Assembly: GCA_048885535.1 (NCBI GenBank) | Contig: JBHLLO010000001.1 | Coordinates: 52,698-116,697 of the forward strand | Source of the DNA: Candidatus Hermodarchaeota archaeon | GTDB taxonomy: Archaea; Asgardarchaeota; Lokiarchaeia; Sigyniarchaeales; SOKP01 | Direction: 5' to 3' | Length of the DNA stretch: 64,000 bases | Shown here: piece by piece, positions 49,806 through 59,026 of the stretch | Layout: the number at the start of each line of letters is the position of its first letter | Position numbering within the stretch: the first letter of the stretch is position 1 | The notes under the pieces: model-generated | The model's database searches: none | The model's input: the letters and a program-made list of their open reading frames with translations, nothing else | What the model was told of the DNA's origin: nothing | Program-made: the position numbers and the translations under genes

Positions 49806-50906
49806 ATGAGCTTAAAACTAGAAGACGTTAAAGGTCTGGGTAAAAAAGTAGAAATTCTAAAAAGTGCTGGAATTGATTCAGTTGAGAAGTTAGCAAATGC
49901 AAAAATTGAGGATTTATTGGAAATAAAAGGAATAGGGAAAACTACAGCTCAAAAATATATAGATAATGCAAATTTATTACTTGAGGAAGGTAGTGTAAGC
50001 AAAATTCCTGAAGTTATTAAAGAAAAGAAAGAAGAAAGAGTTAAAGAAGATAAAAAAGTTGAAGAAGAAGCCAAAAAATTAGAAAAAAGGAAGAACTTAG
50101 AAGGAAAGACTGTAGAAAAAGGAGATTTTGTCTTAGTAAAAATTACAGGTAAAACACAGAAAGGTACAGTTTTTCAGGTTTCCTCTGAGGAAGACGCCAA
50201 GAAAGCAGGCATTTACGACGAACAAAAGGCAAAACAAGGATATTATTCACCTGAATTTATTATTGTTGGCAAACCAGGATTCCTTAATGAAGGACTGACA
50301 GAAACTATTGAAAAACTGGCGTTTTTCGAAAAAAAGTCCGTAAGAATTCCTCCAGCAAAAGCTTTTGGTAAAAGAGACCCTCAAAAAATAGAACGAATTG
50401 GGATTGCAAAATTTCGAAAATTGAATGATGGGAAAAATCCAGAATTAGGGCAAGAATTTATTAAAAAGTCGACTGGTCAAAGAGGTGTAGTAACTAATAT
50501 AGTTCAAGGAAGGGTTATTGTAGACTACAATCATCCTTTAGCTGGTCAATCTGTTGATTATAATGTTGAAATAGTTGATAAAGTTGAAGATTTCAATGAA
50601 AAGGTAGAATATTTTATGATCTCTAAAGGTATTTCAAAAGAAAATATTTCAGAATTTAATATACTATATAATAAGGACAATAAATCTCTTGATATCACAA
50701 TCCCGAAATCCTTTCTGTTCCAAAATCTAACATATTTTAAGTTTGGATTAGCCTATGATTTACAAACTCATATGTTAGACGAAATAAACGATGTTAGATT
50801 TATTGAAGTATATGAAAAAATGCCTCTTCCAACTGCACCTGAGGAATCAGTTAAACAAAAAATTGATGAATATAATAAGGATCACAACCATAATCATGAA
50901 CACTGA
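49806..50906 (+). CDS. Long-type FKBP peptidyl-prolyl isomerase with N-terminal HhH domain
   Basis: GDFVLV, IPPAKAFGKRDP, VDYNHPLAGQ; N-terminal KGLGKK...IKGIGKTTA; His-rich tail. Confidence 0.9.
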   Translation: MSLKLEDVKGLGKKVEILKSAGIDSVEKLANAKIEDLLEIKGIGKTTAQKYIDNANLLLEEGSVSKIPEVIKEKKEERVKEDKKVEEEAKKLEKRKNLEGKTVEKGDFVLVKITGKTQKGTVFQVSSEEDAKKAGIYDEQKAKQGYYSPEFIIVGKPGFLNEGLTETIEKLAFFEKKSVRIPPAKAFGKRDPQKIERIGIAKFRKLNDGKNPELGQEFIKKSTGQRGVVTNIVQGRVIVDYNHPLAGQSVDYNVEIVDKVEDFNEKVEYFMISKGISKENISEFNILYNKDNKSLDITIPKSFLFQNLTYFKFGLAYDLQTHMLDEINDVRFIEVYEKMPLPTAPEESVKQKIDEYNKDHNHNHEH

Positions 50907-50939
50907 GAATCTGAATCTAAAATTTAATAAGCAATTAAT

Positions 50940-51935
50940 TTAATCTAATTTTATTTTCGAAACAAGCTGCTGTTTTTTCAACCGTTTTTGTTCTTTATAC
51001 TTATGTTTTTTTTTTTCATATTCTGCTTTTCTCTTTTGGAATTCAAATCTTTTTTTTAATGCTTTTTTTTTATTATGTTTCTTTTTTAAATACTCCTTTT
51101 TTGCTTTTTTAAACTCTTTTTTTGCTTTTTTATATTCTTTTTTACTCTTTTTATACTTTTCATACTTTTTTTTAAATTCTCTTCTTAAGTTAGGGCTGAT
51201 TTTCTGGATTCCAAGGTCGCTTAACTGTTTCCTAAATTTTTCAAAAGACTCAAACCTCAAAACTATTATCCCTAACTCACGAGCAGGAATAAGATTTCTT
51301 ATTTTATCATCAATAAACACACATTTTTTAGGCTTTGTATCTAACCTTTTTAGGACATGTTTATATTTCTCAATATCCGGTTTTATTAAACCAATTTCAT
51401 TTGATAAAAATACATAATCAAACATATCATAAAAACCTCTTAATTCATTAGACTTTGCATAAATATCATGTGTATTTGACATTAAACTTACCGTATAACC
51501 TGCATTATGCAACCTTTCAACAACTTCAGCCATTTCTAAAGATAAATGAGTGACTTTGGTATACAAATTAAACCAAAGCTCTACATAATATGCAACATTA
51601 ACCTTTTTAGGAGGTAATGCCCCATTCTTTGGTTGAAATGGATAATAATACTTTTCTAAAACTTTTTTTAGAAATTCTTCAGGAGAAATAATTCCTGAAC
51701 TTAATCTACGCTTTAATTTTCTTATATAAGGCTCATCATCAATTCTAGGGATGTTTATGTTTAAATCATGTTCCAGGAGTTCAAAAAGATTTTTAAGTAC
51801 AAAAGTCTTCTCTATTAAAACACCTCCAAAGTCAAAAATGAAATGCTTAATTTTATATAGTTTAACCTTCTGTTTCTTATTAATATTAGCTTTAGTCAGG
51901 TCCTCAGATTTATCAAAATCTATTTCATTTTTCAT
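50940..51935 (-). CDS. HAD-family phosphatase with lysine-rich coiled-coil tail
   Basis: FDFGGVL, MSNT, KPD, FIDDK...N; last ~80 aa consist of KKE[YF]KK repeats. Confidence 0.88.
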   Translation of the reverse strand: MKNEIDFDKSEDLTKANINKKQKVKLYKIKHFIFDFGGVLIEKTFVLKNLFELLEHDLNINIPRIDDEPYIRKLKRRLSSGIISPEEFLKKVLEKYYYPFQPKNGALPPKKVNVAYYVELWFNLYTKVTHLSLEMAEVVERLHNAGYTVSLMSNTHDIYAKSNELRGFYDMFDYVFLSNEIGLIKPDIEKYKHVLKRLDTKPKKCVFIDDKIRNLIPARELGIIVLRFESFEKFRKQLSDLGIQKISPNLRREFKKKYEKYKKSKKEYKKAKKEFKKAKKEYLKKKHNKKKALKKRFEFQKRKAEYEKKKHKYKEQKRLKKQQLVSKIKLD

Positions 51936-51948
51936 GATTTAAACTTTA

Positions 51949-52728
51949 TCAATTCTTTTGGGATTTATATTCTTCAATTATCATATTACATATCTTAGAT
52001 ATTGGGTTATAATTACCCTCCCAATTAGAAAATTCAGGAAAAGTGCCAGGATCTACAACATACAACTTATTAGATGAAGTTTCTCGAACCATATCTAGAT
52101 GTCCAAATAATAATTTATACTTTTCTTTCCATTTTAAAGTAATCTCTCTGATATCCCTTGGAGTATCTATTATTTCAATTGGAGCATGTTCATTTTTTAA
52201 TGGTTTCTTCTGACAGACACATATATCATTATCGATAAAATATACTAAATAATGTGTTCCATAAATAAATCTTTCTAGATAAAATATTTCATTAGGACCT
52301 TTTTTAAGTTCTTTAAATGAATTAACAAATTTAACTCCTTTACTACCTGATCCAATAATTGGCTTCACTAGTAAGGAAAATGAATCATTTAAATTTCTTT
52401 TTAACGTATCAAATGTGCCTAAGTAGATTTCAGGGACATTAAAATTAAGCTCTTTTAATAAGAAAGACGCTTCGACTCTATTTTTACACCTACAGGAGAT
52501 GTCTGTGTTAGGAATTACAGGTATATTATTTGCTTCTAAAAAGTATCCTGCATAAAGAAAATGTAATTGTTTTGATTTTAGGATAAAAAGATCGTTTTCA
52601 ACTAGGGATTTATCAATGCATAAATTCTCCTTAGTGTATATTTTTACTTTAAAACCTTTTTTTTCATAATAATTTTTCATTTTTCCAGTGAACTGAGTCG
52701 TTCTTTTTGACAATATTCCTATTTTCAC
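51949..52728 (-). CDS. ATP-grasp protein, divergent ITPK1-like
   Basis: VKPIIGSGSKGV, YLERFI, FGHLDMVR, VVDPGTFPEF. Confidence 0.7.
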   Translation of the reverse strand: MKIGILSKRTTQFTGKMKNYYEKKGFKVKIYTKENLCIDKSLVENDLFILKSKQLHFLYAGYFLEANNIPVIPNTDISCRCKNRVEASFLLKELNFNVPEIYLGTFDTLKRNLNDSFSLLVKPIIGSGSKGVKFVNSFKELKKGPNEIFYLERFIYGTHYLVYFIDNDICVCQKKPLKNEHAPIEIIDTPRDIREITLKWKEKYKLLFGHLDMVRETSSNKLYVVDPGTFPEFSNWEGNYNPISKICNMIIEEYKSQKN

Positions 52729-52740
52729 TTCTCTACACTC

Positions 52741-53559
52741 CTACTTCTTAGCCTGATCAATTAAAAAATCAGTCACTATTTTAGGACCATTCTTAATATA
52801 ATTGAAATTAGGTATTGAATTAACATCAGTTACATAGAATTTACCTTCTATAGATTTTAGAAAATCTACTGAAATAATTTTTATATCGAAAATCTCCTTA
52901 ATTTTTTTAACTTTATCTTTTAATTCTGATATTGGATTAATTTCTTTTCTTGATTTCATCTTATCTGCATCAATTAAAACAGGTATCTGTTTATAGAAGT
53001 AATATTTATCCCCTATGCTATACACCTTATACTCCCATTTAGTTTTGATAAACTTTTGGTAATAAAAAAAATGATAGTTTTTTGTTCCTCCAAATGCCTC
53101 AGTTAAAGCCCTTTCATCGATAATATTAAGATGTCCATCTTTTTTCTTAATATTTGCTTTTAAAGCATAATTTTTTTGATCCACAACATTTTTTATGATA
53201 TAGTCTTCAAAAGGAGGATGAATTCCAACAGGAATTATACCATAATCGGGTGTATCAATTCCTGTTTTAGCCAATAATAAGCTAGCCATGAATCTATGAC
53301 ACGATAACCAAATTCCTCTTGATGAATTTATAACTGGGATTGAAGTCTCATTTTCAATTAATTTTATTAGGCTTAATATTAAATCTCCTTTACCTTTTAC
53401 AAAAAATATATCCTCTTCAAAATTTATCTCTGAAAAATCCAATAGGAAAGATTCTTCTAAATAAATTGATACTTTAGCACGTCTTTTTGAATGCTGTAAA
53501 AAAGCGTTAACTTTCTTTTCTAAATGGTATTTGTCAATAATCAATCCTATTTTAGTCAA
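52741..53559 (-). CDS. ATP-grasp protein, ITPK1-like
   Basis: YQKFI, EYKVYSIG, SVDFL, VTDVNSIPNF. Confidence 0.72.
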   Translation of the reverse strand: MTKIGLIIDKYHLEKKVNAFLQHSKRRAKVSIYLEESFLLDFSEINFEEDIFFVKGKGDLILSLIKLIENETSIPVINSSRGIWLSCHRFMASLLLAKTGIDTPDYGIIPVGIHPPFEDYIIKNVVDQKNYALKANIKKKDGHLNIIDERALTEAFGGTKNYHFFYYQKFIKTKWEYKVYSIGDKYYFYKQIPVLIDADKMKSRKEINPISELKDKVKKIKEIFDIKIISVDFLKSIEGKFYVTDVNSIPNFNYIKNGPKIVTDFLIDQAKK

Positions 53560-53766
53560 AACGTCTACCTTCTCAATACTTTTATGAAGAAAAATTCTTC
53601 TGTTTATTTACAAATTATATTAAATAGTTTTAATATAAATAAGTGTTAAAGAATAATAAATTTAGATACCAGAAGGGATTTATGATTATAGAATTTGGTT
53701 TTTAAAATCAATAGATTTATATAATATAATTTGCTTTTTAGAAATTAAATTAATAGGGTTTTTGAA

Positions 53767-54681
53767 ATGGCTAATAATATCAAAAGAATTTATATTGGAG
53801 CCATTTGCAATAGAGATCTTGAGGTTTTGGAAAAATTAAAGAAATTTTTGTTAAAAAACTACAACATCTTTATCGTTGATCTTTTAAAAAAAGGTTCTAA
53901 TTCATTTGATATTAAATATCTTTTAAAGCAAATTAAAAAATATCCATTATCCTTCTTAATAGTAAAACTTACAACCACCAGTTCTAATACAGCAATTTAT
54001 GAAACGATAAAAGAATATATTCCCAATGTTCCAATTTTAAATAGCTTAAGTTCTGTTAAAATTTGTGAAAGCCGTAAAGAAACTTTTAAGTTAATTAGCC
54101 ATAAATGTAAAAATGTAAAAATTCCAGCGCCATATTTTTCCTTAGAGGAGGCTATAAGAGCGTGCAAAACTGGAAATAGAGTAATCATCAAACTTGATTC
54201 TCACAATATCCCGGATTTTCCAAAGAATGATAGAATAGTAGGTATCGCCCACAATGTTAACGATCTTTATGAGTTAATAAAAAATTATGATAAAAAAAGT
54301 TTATTTTTTCAAGAATATTTGGGAGAGTTTGATATCATCTATAAAGTATATGTGATTGGACGGTGGATGGTTTCAATTACTTCTCATAATAGATTACAAG
54401 ATATTGAAAATTTAACGCCCCTTGAACTAATTCATATAAGAGTACCTATTGAGAAGCAGTTTAAAAGCAGAATAAAGAGATTAGGTCGCAAATTTGGAAT
54501 GTCCATATTTGGTCTAGACTATATTTTAACAAATGAGGGACCATATATTATAGATATTAATGATTTTCCAAGCTTTAGAAGTATTCCAGAAGCTATTAGC
54601 CTGATTTCGGATTACATATATAATCTCATTTCATTGCGAGAACAATATATTCAAATTCTTGCAAAAGTAAAAGCTAAATAG
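53767..54681 (+). CDS. Inositol-phosphate kinase, ITPK1-like ATP-grasp
   Basis: QEYL...YKVYVIG, IFGLDYI, IIDINDFPSF (cf. ITPK1 VIDINYFPG). Confidence 0.8.
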   Translation: MANNIKRIYIGAICNRDLEVLEKLKKFLLKNYNIFIVDLLKKGSNSFDIKYLLKQIKKYPLSFLIVKLTTTSSNTAIYETIKEYIPNVPILNSLSSVKICESRKETFKLISHKCKNVKIPAPYFSLEEAIRACKTGNRVIIKLDSHNIPDFPKNDRIVGIAHNVNDLYELIKNYDKKSLFFQEYLGEFDIIYKVYVIGRWMVSITSHNRLQDIENLTPLELIHIRVPIEKQFKSRIKRLGRKFGMSIFGLDYILTNEGPYIIDINDFPSFRSIPEAISLISDYIYNLISLREQYIQILAKVKAK

Positions 54682-54689
54682 AAAATAAC

Positions 54690-55781
54690 TTATCTTTCTC
54701 GTTTATTTTCTAAAAATTCTATTAATCTCTCTTTCGCTATGTAATCCTTTAATTGTTCAGGTGGATGTTTAGCAAAAAATGAACACGCAGAATGTAGTAT
54801 GCCGCCTATATTACGATCTTTAGCGATTTTACTTACTCGTATACAATCTACAATTACACCTGCAGAATTATTTCCATCTTCTACGAATAATGTGATATCA
54901 ATTCTTACAGGAGCTCCACCAAAAACCCGCCCTTCAAGTCTCATGTATGCTTCTTTTTGGTTTTTTAAAAATGGAATGTAATCTACTGCTGAAATTTGAC
55001 AATCTACCAAATCTTTATTTTCTAAGTTAGCGATTACTGAATCTGTTTTAGATTGGCGTTTTCCTTCTTCATATCTTAGAAGACCATCTTTCATAGGTGT
55101 TAATAAATTGCAAAAATCACTAGATCCCCCCCAATCAAGCTGTAATGTGCGATCTAAGACCGCCCCTCTCATAGGAAAAAGGTTAGCGAGTGATCTATGA
55201 ACAATTGTTGCCCCTATTTGTGATTTAACATCATCGCCGATAAGATTAAGATTTAATCCTTCAGCTTTTACAACTATTTCTTGATCCTTCACAACATAAG
55301 AAGGCATTCCATTTACAACACAGGCTCCTGCATCAAGAGCCGCCATTGCATAATATTTTACCGCTTTATGACTTCCAGTAGGAAGCAGTATGACGGCAAC
55401 ATCAACGTTTCTATACCTTAATTCCTCTACAATATCAATTGGCTTTTGATCATCATCAATAGGAATAATATCTCTTATATTACTGTCCAAGCCATCCATA
55501 ATTGGGCCTTTAACTACAGGCGCGTCTAAGAAATTAGGCTCAAACAACATCATATTGCAATTGGGCTCAATAAAAATTGCCTTACTTAGATCTTTACCGA
55601 CTTTTTTTGAATTTACATCTACTCCTAGTACAAAATTTATATCATTTATAGTGTATTGGGTGATTTCTGGTAGGATTCCAATGATTTTGTCGGGATTTTG
55701 CTTGTAATTCTCAACTCCTTGTACTAAAGCTGAGGCAACGTCTCCAACTCCAATAAGAGCAACGTTGATTTTTTTCGCCAT
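54690..55781 (-). CDS. ino1: myo-inositol-1-phosphate synthase
   Basis: GVGDVASALVQG, LPTGS, IGDDVKSQIGATIVHR, GGSSDF, NSAGVIVD. Confidence 0.95.
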   Translation of the reverse strand: MAKKINVALIGVGDVASALVQGVENYKQNPDKIIGILPEITQYTINDINFVLGVDVNSKKVGKDLSKAIFIEPNCNMMLFEPNFLDAPVVKGPIMDGLDSNIRDIIPIDDDQKPIDIVEELRYRNVDVAVILLPTGSHKAVKYYAMAALDAGACVVNGMPSYVVKDQEIVVKAEGLNLNLIGDDVKSQIGATIVHRSLANLFPMRGAVLDRTLQLDWGGSSDFCNLLTPMKDGLLRYEEGKRQSKTDSVIANLENKDLVDCQISAVDYIPFLKNQKEAYMRLEGRVFGGAPVRIDITLFVEDGNNSAGVIVDCIRVSKIAKDRNIGGILHSACSFFAKHPPEQLKDYIAKERLIEFLENKRER

Positions 55782-55983
55782 ATTATCTTCTATAATAAAA
55801 GGATTATATTTAAATCATTTTAATATACCATAAAAATTTAATATTATATTCTTGAATTAGAACCCATGAAAAAATCAAAAAATTGATAATTACTTTTTTA
55901 GTAAATTCATTTAAAATTAATATTATTATTATCAACTGCAAATCAGTAGAAAAACAATAAACATACTTAGGAGAAAGCAAATT

Positions 55984-58794
55984 TTGGATGTTAAGGAAAA
56001 AAAAATATATTTTGTGATATCACCTCATATTAATTATTATCATTCTTATAGAGGAGATTCACGAGGAATAACTGGATTTGGTAAGGATCTTGAATTAATG
56101 CAAGCATTTATAGATAAATTGGATGAAATCGAAGATATCGGATACTCCTTTGGAAATATGCGAGTTACATGGGATTACGCAGACACCTTTTGGTCTATCC
56201 AATTGCAAAAGGAATATCAACAAGATGTGCTTGATCGCGTAATAGAAAGATGTATAAAAGGAAAGGATGAAGTACTAATCGGTTCCTGGAGTAATGTAGC
56301 CCAGCCCATATTAGATACTGAAGAATTCATTAAACAACATGAGTGGTATCTAGAAAATGAAATGGGTATTGGTTTAAATCAGTTATTTCCAGGTAGAGTT
56401 GCTCCGTATGCTCGTACACAGGAATGTATGTTCACTCAAGGTATGATAGAATTATATAATCAACTAGGCGTTAAAGGCGTGTGTTTATATTATTCTACGT
56501 ACCCATTTGATGCTACGAGACCTTTTCTTAATCCTCGATTGGATGGAAATCAGAGATATGGACTATTTAAACTTAATTCATCAATTTCCGATGCTTCTAC
56601 TATTTTCATCCCAACCTATGGTTTTGGTGATATTATTGATTTCTTTTCTATAAAAAGATGGTTTAAAATAATAAGAAAATTGCAGGAAAAAGATGATATA
56701 CAAGAACATGCTCTTTTATTTTTGAATTATGATATGGATTACAATGATTGGATAGGTCGTAAATTACCTAAATTTCTCCAATGGATGCCAAAAACTAGAG
56801 GGCTAGAGGAGTTTGCTGAGGCTGTAGATGAATTAAATTATGTAGAATTTACTAATTTGCTAGATATCGTGCCTAAATTAAGGTTAAATGGCGAACGGAC
56901 ATTATATCCAGATGTAGCTGATGGAAATTGGAATGGATTTCATAACTGGGCTCAAAAGTTTAATAATACCAAATTTTGGACAGTTGCACAAAGAGCAAGA
57001 TGGTTAAAATGTATTTCAGATACTATAAAATCCAATAATCTCATTGATAATAAAGAATTAAGAATCGATAAAATGCTTCGATGTAAAAGTGATAAAGAAG
57101 AAACCTATATTCGAAATAAATTATTATTCGCATCAACAACCAATTTTGGTATGTCAGTTCCCTTCCAGCATCCCCATAGAAACCAAACTGCTATGAGGTA
57201 TGGATTAAAAGCATATGAAGCTGCTCAAAAAGCTACATTGATATCTATTAATGAAATGTTCAAGAGTAATAATAATCTTATCAACACTAATGATTATTAC
57301 TTATTTCTAATTCCTATTTTAAACAGAGGGCTCTCTATCAATGAAAAAGCAGAATTAAATTTCCCATTATTTATAAAAACCAACCTTCCAAAAGAGTTAT
57401 CCAATATAATAAATGAAAGTAATAAAACAATTGATTTTAATGATTCTAATATTCGGTTTAAGTTATATCAAAACCATTCCGAACACACTTTGAATATTGA
57501 AGGATTCATAAATCCTAATATTTTCAAAGAAAAGGATTATCTTTCTATAGCATTTTCTATATCAGACTTACCAGCCTCTATTAAAGCCGAAAAAAATCCG
57601 TTAAGTGGGACTAAAAATATTTTGAGAAATCAAATGATAGAAATAGAATTTAATCAAGAAGGAAAAATTAGCACTTTCAAATATGATGGGGAGAACTTAG
57701 GATGTCCAAGATTTTTGGAATCTTCGATATCTTTTGGAAAATTGGGGAAAGAAAAGGTACTTGCTTCTAAAATAGATACTATCAATATATTGAGAGATGG
57801 AAGTGATGGATTTTCAGCCTCGCTTGAAGTAATAAGTAATATTAAAGTTCTAGAGGGTGCTTATATATACTGTAAAAAAATATTAACTCTTTATTCAAAT
57901 ATCCCTATACTCTTTCTAAATGTTACAATGAGGATTTGTGACATTAAAGGTGAATCAAGCAGTGTCGATGGTACTTCTTATGTTAAAGAATCCTATGATA
58001 AACGATGGCAAGAAATTATTCCTTGTGAAGTTAGACCGAATCTTATCGGTAATGGAAGACCATTAAGAATTTGGAAAAAAAATTTCTTGGGACATATCTC
58101 TTATTTCGATCTTGATATGAAGGAAGTAGATTCAAGAAATGCTGATATTGATTGTATGGTTGCTAATATCTCTGATGGCTGGATGGCTGTATCAGATTTG
58201 AATAGAGGTGTTCTGATAGGCTTTAATTCATTGAAGTCAGCCAATTTTGCCTTCTCTCCGATAAAAGTGAGAGATAAGGGTTTTGGGGATATAGGAAAGA
58301 AGGGTCAACAGATAAGAATTAATCCTTTTGGAACCTATTATGGCAAACTTTTCCGTTATTGGACAGAAGGATCAGGACATGCAGAACAAATAACTTCGAA
58401 ATTTTTAGGGACTGAGCATTCTACGGCAGCAACTTTTAGTGGAAAAGAAGTTGATTTTGACCTCATTCTTGCTCCTTATAATGGAGATAAACCCCCAGTA
58501 CCCATACAATCCTTTGCTGATCATATATCATTACCGCCAATGATCATAATTGGTAATAAAGAACACCATGATTTGGTTAATAATTATTCAATTTATAATG
58601 AAATTGCAGAAAAATTAAAGATAGAATATAATATTGAAGAGCTATTAAGTATGAACTATATGGAATGGGTTAGAGAGATAAATAAAGATTTTGATCCAAA
58701 TTATGTAGAAGAAAGTTCAGGAAAGGGTCTAATTTCACGTTTAGGTATTTGGAACCTTTTAAAGATGTTAATTGATGGAATTAGAGGGAGATAA
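55984..58794 (+). CDS. Large glycoside hydrolase, GH38/GH57-like
   Basis: N-terminal HINYYHS...WD (GH38/57-type barrel), followed by a beta-rich region beginning LRNQMIEIEFNQEGKISTF, as in the GH38 C-terminal supersandwich. Confidence 0.6.
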   Translation: MDVKEKKIYFVISPHINYYHSYRGDSRGITGFGKDLELMQAFIDKLDEIEDIGYSFGNMRVTWDYADTFWSIQLQKEYQQDVLDRVIERCIKGKDEVLIGSWSNVAQPILDTEEFIKQHEWYLENEMGIGLNQLFPGRVAPYARTQECMFTQGMIELYNQLGVKGVCLYYSTYPFDATRPFLNPRLDGNQRYGLFKLNSSISDASTIFIPTYGFGDIIDFFSIKRWFKIIRKLQEKDDIQEHALLFLNYDMDYNDWIGRKLPKFLQWMPKTRGLEEFAEAVDELNYVEFTNLLDIVPKLRLNGERTLYPDVADGNWNGFHNWAQKFNNTKFWTVAQRARWLKCISDTIKSNNLIDNKELRIDKMLRCKSDKEETYIRNKLLFASTTNFGMSVPFQHPHRNQTAMRYGLKAYEAAQKATLISINEMFKSNNNLINTNDYYLFLIPILNRGLSINEKAELNFPLFIKTNLPKELSNIINESNKTIDFNDSNIRFKLYQNHSEHTLNIEGFINPNIFKEKDYLSIAFSISDLPASIKAEKNPLSGTKNILRNQMIEIEFNQEGKISTFKYDGENLGCPRFLESSISFGKLGKEKVLASKIDTINILRDGSDGFSASLEVISNIKVLEGAYIYCKKILTLYSNIPILFLNVTMRICDIKGESSSVDGTSYVKESYDKRWQEIIPCEVRPNLIGNGRPLRIWKKNFLGHISYFDLDMKEVDSRNADIDCMVANISDGWMAVSDLNRGVLIGFNSLKSANFAFSPIKVRDKGFGDIGKKGQQIRINPFGTYYGKLFRYWTEGSGHAEQITSKFLGTEHSTAATFSGKEVDFDLILAPYNGDKPPVPIQSFADHISLPPMIIIGNKEHHDLVNNYSIYNEIAEKLKIEYNIEELLSMNYMEWVREINKDFDPNYVEESSGKGLISRLGIWNLLKMLIDGIRGR

Positions 58795-58800
58795 AGATAT

Positions 58801-58993
58801 ATGAAAGAAAAGATGCGAGCACTTGTATTTCCTGAACCTTGGGTAGTTAAATTGATAGAGGTTGAAATCCCTTAACCAAGTCCAAAAGAAGTTCTTGCAG
58901 AAACTAAATCCCTAATAATTTGCGGTAGCAAAATGGGATGCATTTAAATTCTATGATCGCGAAGCATGGATAAAAATTATAGTGGAACCTTAG
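58801..58993 (+). pseudogene. Remnant of a Zn-dependent (MDR) alcohol/polyol dehydrogenase
   Basis: MKEKMRALVFPEPWVVKLIEVEIP*PSPKEVLAETKSLIICGS (MDR N-terminus, in-frame TAA 58873-75) joined out of frame to DAFKFYDREAWIKIIVEP* (MDR C-terminus). Confidence 0.7.
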
Positions 58994-59026
58994 AGATAAT
59001 CAAAAAACAAAAAAAATATTATATTG

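Noticed and set aside
6375-58875. Genome-wide TAA reassignment suggested by three in-frame TAA stops
   Set aside because: Most conserved genes here end at TAA in the expected place, and the dehydrogenase case is also internally deleted
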